Of a stretch of 64,000 nucleotides of DNA, positions 13,181 through 26,398 are shown piece by piece (within the stretch, counting starts at the first letter, position 1; each line of letters opens with the position of its first letter). The translations under genes and the position numbers were made by a program. The stretch spans positions 46,810,001 to 46,874,000 of the forward strand of contig NC_043014.1 in NCBI RefSeq assembly GCF_006345805.1. The letters run 5' to 3'. This DNA comes from Octopus sinensis (Eukaryota). The notes beneath the pieces are model-generated. The model worked only from the letters and a program-made list of their open reading frames with translations, was not told where the DNA came from and ran no database searches.

Positions 13181-13289
13181 GGCATAGGAGTGGCTGTGTG
13201 GTAAGTCCTGGGGTTGATTTGTTTGACTAAGGGCAGTGCTCCAGCATGGCCACAGTCACATGACTGAAACAAGTAAAAGAGTAAAAGAG
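13181..13289 (+). mobile_element. SINE-A with a large internal deletion
   Basis: Head ggcataggagtggctgtgtggTAAGT is joined directly to the tail cctggggttgatttg...gtaaaagag. Confidence 0.85.
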
Positions 13290-13380
13290 AATATATATGT
13301 GTATATATATATGATATATATTATATATATATGATATATATTATATATATATTATATATATTATATATATTATATATATA

Positions 13381-13424
<44 letters not shown>

Positions 13425-13454
13425 ATACATACACACACACATATATATATATAT

Positions 13455-13730
13455 AAAATTATTCAAAGGACATACTAAGAACGTCTTCCTGCTGGAAATA
13501 ACTCTTATTTAAATCACCAAAATACACTGATAATGACTACAGAAATCAACCATCCGAAGGCAAACGGGCTAAGACAACCTCTCCGCATACATTCAAGTAT
13601 TTGGACTCACATGGGGCCTGCATTCGCCAATATTATTGATTCTGTTATTATCATTTTGAAATTGTTACACCAGATAATAATAGAGTAAATGATATCTCTG
13701 CAAATATTTTCTCCTGAATTATTTGCTCCA
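13455..13730 (+). mobile_element. Family P fragment (no hammerhead part)
   Basis: caaaggacatactaag...aaatcacca.aataca.tgataat.actacagaaatcaac...attcaagtatttgga...caaatattttctcctga.ttatttgctcca aligns with the reverse complement of 23210-23500. Confidence 0.6.
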
Positions 13731-15325
13731 CATTGAAATGATGTATTTTACATTTGTGGATGTGCTGGAAAGAAGGCTGGTGGTTTATATAATATCTTTT
13801 GAAATTGCCTTCACAGAAGCCAATGTGATTTTTCTTTTCATTCACATTATCGTGAAGCATTGTTGTGACTCTGCCTTATATACAACAGGGTTTATCATAC
13901 ATACCTGGTCAAGTGGGTAAGCTTCATGTTTTCAAAGTGGGCTCTTGTTGATGTTTACTAGTGATGTTCTTCATACTGGGGCAGTTGCTGTATCATTTTT
14001 TAATTGAGCATCTATTAAAAAATCTTCCTGTATTTATGGTTCGCAGGGAAATGCTTATCTAAAAGAGACAGGAATTTCCTACCTATGTTAGTTTTAATAT
14101 TTTGGGAGAAAGGAGGGGTGAGCCTAATTTTCTTTCATTTCTTTTCTTTTGCCATTTTTATTCACCCTTACACTTCTGGCATCAACATTCGTCTTTTTTT
14201 GTGATTTCTCATGTACCAGCATCCTAGTTTTCAAATAGAACAGACCATGTTATCAGAGCCTGAGAATTGCTTGAAGACATAAGGCACATTATAGAAACCT
14301 GCCTAGACACATGTCTTCACAGCAAGAAACTATTAATAACTTTTATCTTTATACTATGTACATTAAATGATATATTTTGCACACACAAGTCAGGACATTA
14401 CTTAATGCTACTGGTGCAGTAACCATTTTTACTGCATATACAGAAATTCTTAAAAGTTGACAATATCTTTTAAATGACACTTTAATTTGTTTATAATTTA
14501 CACACATAGATGTTACTCTCACCTACCCTTCCCACCCACCCACCCACTTTGTCTTCTACACGCAAATAAAATTTTTCCCGTGTCCCTACCCAGGGGCAAT
14601 ATCACACACTTTGAGAAACATTCTTCTAGTTCTTGCTAAAAAATCACAAATTACATATCTACGTTGTGTGAGTGTCCACGTATGTGTGTGTGTGCACGTG
14701 TATGTGTGCGCGTGTGTGTGTGCATGTATCTGTTTACAAACACACATACACACTCATGTGTACGTCTATATATATATAAATATAAGGTAAAAGTACTCAA
14801 TATGGAAGGCTAAGTTCATAAAAATACCAATTTTCTCATGAGTAAATGATGATGATGATGATGATGATTTTTATGGCATGATCTGCTCTCTCACTCAATA
14901 ATAATAATAGCAAAACTAACAACAACTAAAATAGTAATAATGATGATGACGAAGACGATGACAACACCATGACGATGATGATGATGACAATGATGATGTT
15001 TTTAAATTTTGACTCAAGGCCAATAACTTTAGGGCAATAGAGAAAGTCAATGACATCCACCCAAGGACTGGACTGGACTGGAGTGGTACTTTATTCTATC
15101 AACCCAAAGAGGTTGAAAGACAAGGCTGACCTTAACAAGATTTGAACACTCCAAAAATCCATCAATTTTTCTTGATTTAATCAAACACTTCATTATTATG
15201 TTGGAGTACTTCGACTGGTTAACATGCAAATTCTGTAATGTCCATTTTGCCCTGAACGTATTTCACTCGAAATCTTAAAAAATGCAAAATTATTTTATTA
15301 TATATCTCTTGTAATTTGTATCGAG

Positions 15326-15771
15326 AAGCTGGCTACCCACATGGTTCTTGGTCTCAAGCATTTGTCTAATGAAGAAAGGCTGAAGACGCTCGACCTTTAT
15401 TCTCTAGAAAAACGCCGCTGCCGTGGAGATCTCATTCTTGCTCACAACATAATAAGTGGAAAGTGTAACCTCTCGAAAGAGCTGTTCTTCACTCCTGCTC
15501 CAGAGTGTCGGCTGTGGGGTCATTCCGAAAAGCTCTATCTGCGACGATTTCATCTCAATCGAAGGAGAGGGGCTTTCTCCGTCCGGGTTGCGGATCCGTG
15601 GAATAAGCTGCCAGACGAGATGGTGAAGATGCCGACGACCGCTCGGTTCAAAGTCCCCCTTGACCTCAAGTGGCCTGAACTCTTTACATGAACACCACCC
15701 TGTACATAACTCCATGTCCCCCTACATGGCCTTGCTTTTTGCTGTTTGAGCCAAAAAATTAACTAACTAAC
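15326..15771 (+). mobile_element. 5'-truncated CR1 LINE (ORF2 C-terminus, 3' UTR and (AACT)n tail)
   Basis: MVLGLKHLSNEERLKTLDLYSLEKRRCRGDLI...RRGAFSVRVADPWNKLPDEMV; the tail aattaactaactaac ends at ~15771. Confidence 0.9.
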
Positions 15772-15818
15772 TATAAATTGAAACGATTGTAGGCAATGTT
15801 AATTAATATATATGTATG

Positions 15819-15851
<33 letters not shown>

Positions 15852-16278
15852 TCATATACATATGCATATTTATATATATATATATATCTACATACAAACA
15901 CATATGTATATAGTGTCCATGTGTATGCATATACACACATGTATAAAAACATAAGCATATACACAAAACAGGTATCTATATATGTACATACACATAAACA
16001 TACAAGCATACAGATATACACACACACACACACACACACACTCACACATCAATATGCAGTGTTTGTTTATGTTTGCTGCTTTTGCTACGGTTAATTGCAT
16101 TTGGAAAATGAAACTATTGTTAATGATAATGCAGGTATTGGTGTTGCAGCAAATAATGCATTGAGATGTGCAGCTGGTCACATTATAGAGTGTAGGATAA
16201 GGATGCTGGCTAATTAGTCTTATAATGGGCAAATAGATTATCACAGGTGGGGATGTCGATATATATTATATATATACA

Positions 16279-16686
16279 GGCGCAGGAGTGGCTGTGTGGT
16301 AAGTAGCTTGCTAACCAACCACATGGTTCCGGGTTCAGTCCCACTGCGTGGCATCTTGGGCAAGTGTCTTCTGCTATAGCCCCGGGCCAACCAATGCCTT
16401 GTGAGTGGATTTGGTAGACAGAAACTGAAAGCAGCCTGTCGTATATATGTATGTATATATATATGTGTGTGTGTGTGTGTTTGTGTGTCTGTGTTTGTCC
16501 TAGCATTGCTTGACAACCGATGCTGGTGTGTTTACATCCCCGTTACTTAGCGGTTCGGCAAAAGTGACCGATAGAATAAGTACTGGGCTTACAAAGAATA
16601 AGTCCTGGGGTCGATTTGCTCGACTAAAGGTGGTGCTCCAGCATGGCCGCAGTCAAATGACTGAAACAAGTAAAAGAGTAAAAGAG
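16279..16686 (+). mobile_element. SINE-A, full length
   Basis: Complete head, microsatellite and tail. Confidence 0.9.
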
Positions 16687-16945
16687 TATACATACACACT
16701 ACAGGGACACAAACACACACACACACACACATACACTTATGCATAGATAGATAGATTTGTTTCTTTCTTTATTGGCCATGCAGGGCTGAACACAGAAGGG
16801 ACAAAACACAAAGTAGAACTTTTCTTTTGGGGAGGAAGAAGAGAAGAAAAGAAAAAAAAAGGTTAGTTGAATTCCAATCAAAAGGGACCGTGAAGATAAA
16901 AAAAAAGAGGGGAGGCGATTAATAGGGATCATGTATCACAGAAAT

Positions 16946-17295
16946 CATCATCATCATCATCATCGTTTAGCGTCCGTTCTCCATGGGTTGGACGGTTCGA
17001 CCGGGGTCTGGGAAGCCAGAAGGCTGCACCAGGCCCAGTTTGATCTGGCAATGTTTCTACGGCTGGATGCCCTTCCTAATGCCAACCACTCCGTGAGTGT
17101 AGTGGGTGCTTTTTACATGCCACCTGCACAGGTGCCAGGCAAGGCTGGCAACGACCACGGTCGGATTGGTGTATTTTACGTGCCACCGGCACGGAGGCCA
17201 GTCGAGGCGGCGCTGGCATCGGCCACGAGTCGGATAGTACTTTTTATGTACCACCAGACCAGAGAACCTGGCTGGTTCAATTCGATTTCGATTTC
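16946..17295 (-). mobile_element. RTE 3' UTR (family B) with a 19-bp TSD
   Basis: Flanked by gatcatgtatcacagaaat (16927-16945) and gatcatatatcacagaaat (17296-17314), one mismatch. Confidence 0.9.
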
Positions 17296-17615
17296 GATCA
17301 TATATCACAGAAATGTCAATGTAAAAAGGGGAAACAGATTAGGTTTATTCGTGGAAAGAAAAGCCTACGGAAAAGACCACTGGGACCTTGGGCAATAGTG
17401 TCATGCAAAAAAAAAAACACGTTACAGTAAGTGGCTCTCTTGTTTCCTTTCGTTTTTTGTTTTTTTTTGGTTCATAGGATTATGCTCAAGCTGGCTCCGT
17501 CATTCACATGTGCCATCCTTGCTACATTCACCCATTTTTTTTTAAACATTCACAAGACAAAACTTGCCTCTCTACCCTCACCTTCCTCTTGAAGTGATAC
17601 TTGAAGAAGTTGATG

Positions 17616-17664
<49 letters not shown>

Positions 17665-17859
17665 GGTGGCTGCCCCCTCATTATCGAGTATGGCCATTGC
17701 ACGAAGCTTAATCAATGTTGTTATCATGCAATGCCTGTGCAAGAATATTTTTTTTAAAGTGAGGAAAGGCTGTGCACTGAGTCAATCCCACTCACTAAGC
17801 AACAGCAGCCATAATCCAAAAAGAAGAACAAGTCAACATCATCGGTAACCACTGAGCCG

Positions 17860-18225
17860 CAGGTTTTATATCAGAGTTATCCCAGTAACCTGAGTTACCT
17901 TCTCCTAGAAGGATGCCCTAACAAAGGCTAGGAGTCCTTCACTCCCAATGGTTTAACCGCGCGATCGGGTATTCAGTCCGATTATTTTTATGTCCCCACG
18001 CATGATGCAGCCTTAAGACATTTATTGGATGGCCGTTGACTCTCAAGAGTTCCTCTGCCCTTTGCCGGGTTTTGTTTTTCATCTCACAGGGTATCCAATA
18101 AACACCCTCCTCACCAAGCAAGCTTGGTGGGGTTGCCGGTTTAGTCGCCAACGACCCGACCATGCAACAGGTTGTACTAGGTTACATGTTATCATAGCAC
18201 TCGAAAGTGACCTGACATAGAAACA
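17860..18225 (-). mobile_element. Possible RTE 5' UTR fragment
   Basis: GC-richer island containing cctagcctttgttagggcatccttctaggagaaggtaactc, recalled as similar to RTE 5' regions. Confidence 0.3.
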
Positions 18226-18479
18226 TACATACATACATACATACATACATACATACATACGTACATACGTACATACGTACATACATACATACATACATAA
18301 ATACATACATACATATACATACATACATACATACGTACATACGTACATACACACACACACATACATACATACATACATACATACATGCATACATACATAC
18401 ATACATACATGCATACATGCATACATACATACATACATACATACATACATACATACATACATACATACATAACTGACAT

Positions 18480-18715
18480 TCTGTCAGTTTTAATGACAAG
18501 GGTTCTGGTTGGTCCAATTAACAGAAATAAACGTAAAAGTGGCTGAGCACCCCACAGACATATGTAACTTTCATGTAGTTCTCAGGGAGATTCCACATGA
18601 CACAATATAACGAGGCTGGCCTTTTGAATTACAGGTACAACTTGTTTTTGCCAGGTGATTGGACTGGAGCAATAGGTAGACCTTTTGCTCAAGGACAGAA
18701 CATGCCACCGGGTTT
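18480..18715 (-). mobile_element. SINE-E, diverged
   Basis: gttctcagggagattc...gaattacaggtacaac...tgctcaagga. Confidence 0.65.
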
Positions 18716-18917
18716 ACAAATGTATATATATATATAAATAGTTATGGTCTATCCATAGCACTTATTCAGCAATACATGACACCTTTGGGTCTCAGACACC
18801 ATAACCTCTCATAACCTACATATATATATATATGTGTGTGTGTGGTGTGTGTGTGGTGGTGTGTGTAAGAGACCAATATATATATATATATATAATTATA
18901 TACATACATACATGTAT

Positions 18918-18964
<47 letters not shown>

Positions 18965-19145
18965 CTATATATATATATATAATTATATACACATACATAC
19001 ATACATGTATATATACATACATATATCTATATATATATATAATTATATACATACATACATACAGTTTTCTGTCCTTTTCAATATTTATGATAAATGTGAG
19101 TATTTTATTTGTTTATTAATTATCATTATTATTATTATTATTATT

Positions 19146-19323
19146 ACTACACTCACGGAGTGATTGGCGTTAGGAAGGGCATCCAGCTGTAGAAACATTG
19201 CCAGATAAGACTGGAGCCTGGTGCAGCCTTCTGGCTTCCCAGATCCCCGGTCGAACCATCCAACCCATGCTAGCATGGAGAACGGACATTAAAAGAGGAT
19301 GATGATGATGATGATGATGATGA
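19146..19323 (+). mobile_element. RTE 3' UTR (family B), short
   Basis: actacactcacggagtgattggcgttaggaagggcatcc...(GAT)n. Confidence 0.85.
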
Positions 19324-19480
19324 ATATATATATATAATATACATATATATATATATATACACGTATATATATATATATGTATATATATATACATGTATAT
19401 ATATATATATATATAATACAGGTTATATGATTATATGCATACATACATACATACATATACATATATATATATATATAAAT

Positions 19481-20305
19481 ATCATCATCATCATCGTTTA
19501 ACGTCCGTTCTCCATGCTAGCATGGGTTGGACGGTTCGACCGGGGATCTGGAAAGCCAGAAGGCTGCACCAGGCTCCAGTCTTATATGGCAGTGTTTCTA
19601 CAGCTGGATGCCCTTCCTAATGCCAACCACTCCGTGAGTGTAGTGGGTGCTTTTTACGTGCCACCTGCACAGGTGCCAGGCGAGGCTGGCAACGGCCACG
19701 GTCGGATTGGTGTATTTTATGTGCCACCTGCACGGGAAGCCAAACGAGGGGTGCTGGCATCGGCCACGAGTCGGATAGTGCTTTTTACGTACCACCAGAC
19801 CAGGGATCCTGGCTGGTTCAATTCGATTTCGCTTGCCCCAACATGTCTTCGCAAGCAAGGGGGTTGGCAGGTGCCTGTCGTACGGTCAGATTGGTGTATT
19901 TAACATGCCACTGGCACGGAAGCCAGTGGAGGCGGCGCTGGCATCGTCCACGAGTTGGATAGTGATAGTGCTTTTTACGTACCACCAGACCAGGGATCCT
20001 GGCTGGTTCAATTCGATTTCGCTTGCCCCAAAATGTCTTCGCAAGCAAAGGGGATTGGCATGGGTGCTGTCGTCGGATGAGGTTCTATATCGACTTCGCT
20101 TGCCTCAACAGTCTTTGTGTCCAAGGGAGGAAAGGCATTCATAAGTGGGCTGGGCTCACTTGTCCTGCCTGGTCTCCTCACGCACAGAATATTTCCAAAG
20201 GTCTCGGTCGCTGGTCATTTCCTCAGTGAGGCCTAAAGTTCGGAGGTCGTGCTTCACCACCTCGTCCCAGGTTTTCCTGGGTCTACCTCTTCCACGGGTT
20301 CCCTC
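19481..20305 (-). mobile_element. 5'-truncated RTE LINE: ORF2 end plus full modular 3' UTR (family B) and (GAT)n tail
   Basis: EGTRGRGRPRKTWDEVVKHDLRTLGLTEEMTSDRDLWKYSVREETRQDK* (20305-20156) runs directly into family B sequence ending ...GGACGTTAAACGATGATG. Confidence 0.9.
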
Positions 20306-20342
<37 letters not shown>

Positions 20343-20798
20343 ATGTATATGTATGTATGTATGTATGTATGTATGCATATAATCATATAACCTGTATTAC
20401 TCATATATTGCGACCAAATTTCAATAAAGTGAAAACATGAACGCATACTTAATGAAAAGCGGTTTGTAGAAAGATGCATATTGCTGTAACAACAGCAGCA
20501 GCAGCAAACACTGCATCTAGTGCACACCTGAAAACATAAACGTGACTGTATATAGTGATTATACAGGTAGGTGAGTTTAACGAAGCAACAGAGACTAGCA
20601 CAAACTGAAGGTGTGACATAGAAATAATCTATATTGGATTGGAGTTTGGGGTTTGGAGAGAGAGCTGCGTATAATCTCCGTTTCTATCTCGCTCTCTCCC
20701 ATACTCTCCTCCTTACTCTCTCCCCCTCTCTCTCTCTTTCTGTCTCTCTCTCTCTTTCTGTCTCTCTGTCTCTCTTTCTGTCTCTCTCTGTCTCTCTC

Positions 20799-20829
<31 letters not shown>

Positions 20830-20880
20830 CTCTTTCTCTCCCTCTCTCTTCCTTGTTCTCTCTCTCTCTCTCTCTTCCTT

Positions 20881-20925
<45 letters not shown>

Positions 20926-21122
20926 ATGTGCAAGTGTGCTTGTGAACATATGTATACGTGTATATGTGTATACGTGTATATGTGTGTATATATACATATA
21001 TACATACATATACACACACATATATATATATGTAAATATACATATGTGTGTGTGCATATATAATATATATATACATATATATATATATCACTTTCACACA
21101 TGTTCTATACACTCTCTCTGTA

Positions 21123-21169
<47 letters not shown>

Positions 21170-21239
21170 ATATATTTATGCATATGTATATATATATATA
21201 TATGTATATATATATCATGATGATGATGATGATGATGAT

Positions 21240-21277
<38 letters not shown>

Positions 21278-21795
21278 TACTCACACACACACACACACAC
21301 ACTTTGAGTTCTAACACCAAATTATTAATATTACGACGTCTAAGCAGAATCTTATTCAATACGTATATATACACACATATATACACACAAATATTTTTAT
21401 GTTTGTATGTATATCTATGTAGGTATGTATGAATACCTAGCCCCCCCCACCACCACCACCATCACATGCAATATATACGCATCTCCTTTTCCTCTCTTTC
21501 CTTTCTTCTCAATATACATTTTCCTCCCACATTCGCTCTCTCCCCATCACCTGCTACACAAACACACACCCCCACCGTTCGAATCTACCTGTTAACTCCG
21601 ACCCCACCTCCTCCACCATCACCACCATCTCAATTTTGCTCCACTTTCTCATGTGTCACATCCTCTTCTACTTCAACTCTCTCTCTCTCTCTCTCTCTCT
21701 TCCTCTCCTTCCTCTCCTATCTAATTTTACAAACACACACACACACACACACAGATAATCATGCCTGTACACAATCCGTTATTCATATGCACATT

Positions 21796-21842
<47 letters not shown>

Positions 21843-21863
21843 ATACACACACATATATATACT

Positions 21864-21902
<39 letters not shown>

Positions 21903-21903
21903 G

Positions 21904-21937
<34 letters not shown>

Positions 21938-22172
21938 TGTATATACACACACACATATATATGCACACAGATATATAAATAGCAATATTTCATCATCCAC
22001 CGCATTCAGTTTGCACACACACACACATGTACACACACAACACACACCACACACACACACACACGTATACACATACACACACATATACACATACATACAC
22101 GTACACACGCAAACTTCGCAAATCAGGAACTACAAACACCAACACATTTCATGTATGAACTAGCAAATTGGA

Positions 22173-22210
<38 letters not shown>

Positions 22211-22215
22211 AATTA

Positions 22216-22253
<38 letters not shown>

Positions 22254-22819
22254 ACTACTATTATTACTATTACTATTACCACCACCATCACCACATCACC
22301 ACCACCACCACCACCACCATCACCACCATCACCACCACCACCACCACCACCACTACTACTATTACTACCACAACTATTACGACAATAACAACAACAACAA
22401 AATTTCAACCATCACCACTACACCCACACAAATTTTACTACACTGCTGCTGCTGCTGCTGCTACAACCATAATAGTGCTAATCCTTTCTATTATCGGAGC
22501 AGGCCTGGAATTCGAAGGGGGGGGGGGAATTGTCAGTTTCATTAACCCTTGAGCTCAACTGTTACATTATTTTTATCAAGACCCCAAAATCATGAAAGGC
22601 AAAAACTTTGGCAGAATTTGAACTTAAAACACAAAGACAAACAAAATAGGCTCAGGAGTAGGTGTGTGGTAAGTAGCTTGCTTACCGACCACATGGTTCT
22701 GGGTTCAGTCTCACTGTGTGGCACCTTGGGCAAGTGTCTTCTACTATATCCTAGGGTCAACCAAAGCCTTGTGAGTGGATTTGGTAGACAGAAATTGTAA
22801 GAAACCCATCTTATATCTA

Positions 22820-22925
<106 letters not shown>

Positions 22926-22949
22926 TCTACCTATCTATCTATCTATCTA

Positions 22950-22981
<32 letters not shown>

Positions 22982-23002
22982 TCTACCTATCTATCTATAT
23001 AC

Positions 23003-23037
<35 letters not shown>

Positions 23038-23038
<1 letters not shown>

Positions 23039-23505
23039 AAGGGAAAGTTCATGAAAATAAACAAAAGACGAAGATAGGTGGTGTACAAACAAACAGATGT
23101 ATTAGTATAGCGCTCAGGAATAGAAAACGTCTTTTACGTTTCGAACCTATGCTCTTCTACAGAAAGGTACACAGAAAAAACAAGGAGAGAAAAAAAATGT
23201 GTGTAGTAGCTGGAGCAAATAAGTCAGGAGAAAATATTTGTGAAGATATCAGTGACTCAGCATGATAGGTTGGGGTTCTCGATCCTGGTAATGTGTGCTG
23301 AGGAAGGTGAGGCTATAATGCCTGTCCAGAAACCAGTCCATGTGGATCCAAATACTTGAATGTATGCTGAGAGCATGTCTTAGCCTATTTGCCTCCGGAC
23401 AGTTGATTTCTGTAGTTATTATCAATGTATTCTGGTGATTTAAATAAGAGTTTTGGCTGTTATTTCCAGCAGGTAGACATACTTAGTATGTCCTTTGATT
23501 TATTT
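23038..23505 (-). mobile_element. PLE pseudo-LTR-like element (family P), long copy carrying the hammerhead-like motif
   Basis: Homologous to 47977-48158, 50139-50321 and 47831-47914. Its right part is the reverse complement of 13455-13730. It sits in the microsatellite of a SINE-A. Confidence 0.55.
23131..23166 (-). ncRNA. Minimal type I hammerhead-like motif, variant core (copy 1)
   Basis: Minus strand CUUU-CUGUAGA-A-GAGC-AUAG-GUUC-GAA-ACGU-A-AAAG. Confidence 0.5.
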
Positions 23506-23519
23506 TAATCCTTCAGCTA

Positions 23520-23570
<51 letters not shown>

Positions 23571-23883
23571 ATGTGTGTGTGCGTGTGTGTGTGTGTGCGC
23601 GTGTGTGTGTGTGCGTGTGTGTCTGTTTGTCACCCCACCATTGATAGACAACCAACACTTGTGTATTTACATCCCCGTAACTTAGCAGTTCAGCAAAAGA
23701 GATTGATAGAATAAGTATAAAGCTTACAACGAATGAGTCCTAGGGTTGATTTGTTCGACTAAAAACGGTGCTCCAGCATGGTCACAGTCAAATAACTGAA
23801 ACAAATAAAAAAGCAAAAGATTAAAATGCTTTGTGACCTTTCGTCCAGGGGGGTACAATCCTGTCAGCTTGCTACCTTAACCA

Positions 23884-24318
23884 TAATAATAATCTTTTCT
23901 ACTCTAGGCACAAGGCCCCAAATTTTAGGGAGTGGGGCCAGTCAATTAGATCGACCCCAGTATGCAACTGGTATTTAATTTATCAACCCCAAAAGGATGA
24001 AAGGCAAAGTTGACCTCAGCGGAATTTGAACTCAGAATGTAATGGCAGATGAAGTACGGCTACACATTTTGACAGATGAAATACCTATTTCTTTACTGCC
24101 CACAAGGGGCAACACACAGAGGGGACAAACAAGGTCAGATAAATGGATTAAGTTGATTACATCAACCCCAGTGTGTAACTGGTACTTAATTTATCGACCC
24201 CGAAAGGATGAAAGGCAAAGTCGACCTCGGCAGAATTTGAACTCAGAACGTAACGGCAAATGAAATATGGCTACACATTTCGCCCGGCATGCTAACGTTT
24301 CTGCCAGCTCGCCACCTT
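23884..24318 (-). mobile_element. SINE-C tandem pair with two different 3' tails
   Basis: Full copy 24085-24318 followed by junction AAAGAAATAGGTATTTCATCTG and a second partial copy with a tgtgcctagagtagaaaag tail. Confidence 0.85.
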
Positions 24319-24831
24319 CTTCTCCATAATAATAGTAAAAATGATAATGATAATCTGTTGTGTCTGGGGAGAGTCATTTTCTTTTTGTGCCTTATAATTT
24401 AACACACTCACTGGTAAAATTTCCACTTATTTCTTATTTTTATTTTCATAAAATTTTCGTTGAGTCTTGCAACCCTTTCAATTGTACAGACATTACAGAC
24501 ATATTCTATGTAAGATATTTTCAATTCAGTAGCACAACTCAAACAGTACAACCTCTGTCGAACACTATTTATAAGGAGTACCTATGTATGAGGGTGTCAG
24601 ATAAATTTGTTTATTTTTTTTTTTTTTAGTTAAAACTCCATTGTCTTGTCTGAAAAAGGGGTAAAATTTATTGAAATTTCAAAAAGGATAAAGAAAAGTA
24701 GTAGAGGAAAAACAGAACTACAAAAGAAAAAAATCATTAGAATTCTACAATAAAAGCATATTTCATTAATTAAAATAACATTGGAAAGGATTAAAATAAA
24801 TGGAAAAGAAATGGATGGTCGAAGCCAGACC

Positions 24832-25110
24832 CCTCACCTGGACTGGCTCCCGTGCCAGTGGCAACTAAAAAAAATCCACTATCCGAACATGGCTCATGCC
24901 AGTTCACTCACCTCGACTGGCTCCTGTGCTGGTGGCACATAAAAAAGAACCCACTACACTCTCGGAGTGGTTGGCATTAGGAAGGGCATCCAGCTGTAGA
25001 AACATTGCCAGATCAGATTGGAGCCTGGTGCGGGCCTCCTGGCTTGCCAGAGCTCAAGTCAAACCGTCCAACCCATGCCAGCATGGAAAGCGGACGTTAA
25101 ACGATGATGG

Positions 25111-25150
<40 letters not shown>

Positions 25151-25156
25151 AATGAT
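24832..25156 (+). mobile_element. RTE 3' UTR (family B)
   Basis: Consensus match ending in (GAT)n. Confidence 0.85.
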
Positions 25157-25560
25157 CTCACACCACACAATCTACAACCAATAAAAATTACTCTACACTC
25201 TCTTACATTACCAATAGCCGACACTCTATGACCAACATTTCCCACAATACATATTCTACTCAGTTACACAGCTTTAATGTTACAGACATCATATTGCATA
25301 ATCTTTATATTTCATCTTTGATCTTTAACTGGTTTCAGTTTATTAGATTGTGGCCATGCTGGGGCCTTGAAGAATTTTAGTCGCATGAATAAACACCTGT
25401 ATTTTTTTTTTTAAGCCTGTTTCCTTCAAACAGGAGAGACATAAACACACCAACACCATTTGTCAAGTGGTGGCAGGGGACAAACAGACAGAAAGACATA
25501 CAAATATATAGATATATAGATGTGTATCGATCAACATCAATGGAAATTGTAGCTGTGATA

Positions 25561-25925
25561 CCAGTGCCAGTGGCACGTAAGAGAACCATCCAAACGTGGC
25601 CATTGCCAGCGCTGCCCCGACTGGCCTTCGTGCCGGTGGCACATAAAAAGCACCATCTGATCGTGGCCATTGCCAGCCTCGCCTGCCCCCCGTGCCGGTG
25701 GCACATAAAAAGCACCATCCGATCATGGCACCTGTGCTGGTGGCACATAAAAAGCACCCACTACACTCACGGAGTGGTTGGCGTTAGGAAGGGCACCCAG
25801 CTGTAGAAACACTGCCAGATCAGACTGGGCCTGGTGCAGCCTTCTGACTTCCCAGACCCCAGTCGAACCGTCCAACCCATGCAAGCATGGAAAGCAGACG
25901 TTAAACGATGATGATGATGATGATG
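25561..25925 (+). mobile_element. RTE 3' UTR (family B)
   Basis: Consensus match with several modules, ending in (GAT)n. Confidence 0.85.
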
Positions 25926-25930
25926 TTACA

Positions 25931-26052
25931 TTGACCCCAGTGCTCAACCCTGAAGGGATGAAAGGCAAAGTTAAGCTTGCCAGAATTTGAACACAGACTG
26001 ACGAAATACTGCTAAGCATTTTGCCCAATGTACTTACAGTTCTGCCAGCTCT
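25931..26052 (-). mobile_element. SINE-C partial
   Basis: gatgaaaggcaaag...aatttgaac...ctgccagctc. Confidence 0.7.
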
Positions 26053-26351
26053 CCATTCTTTTCTCTCCCTCTCTCTCTTATGTTCTCACTCTCTCGGTCA
26101 ATTGTTCTCTCTCACCCTTTTTTTCTCTCTCTCTCTCTCTCTCTTGAGTTCTTTCTCTCCCTTGTGCTCTCTCTCTCTTTCTCTTGTTCTCTCTCCCTTG
26201 TTTTCTCTCTCTCTCTCTCTTGTTTTCTCTCTCCATTGTGTTCTCTCTCTCTCTTGTTTTTTCTTTCTCTCTCCCTCTCTTTCTCTTGTTCTCTCTCTTT
26301 TTCTCTTGTTCTCTCATCTCTCCCTTTCTTTCTCTTGTTCCACCTTGCGCG

Positions 26352-26398
<47 letters not shown>

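Noticed and set aside
13897-13908. atacatacctgg resembling the 5' end of U1 snRNA
   Set aside because: The similarity stops after about 12 nt and no U1 body follows.
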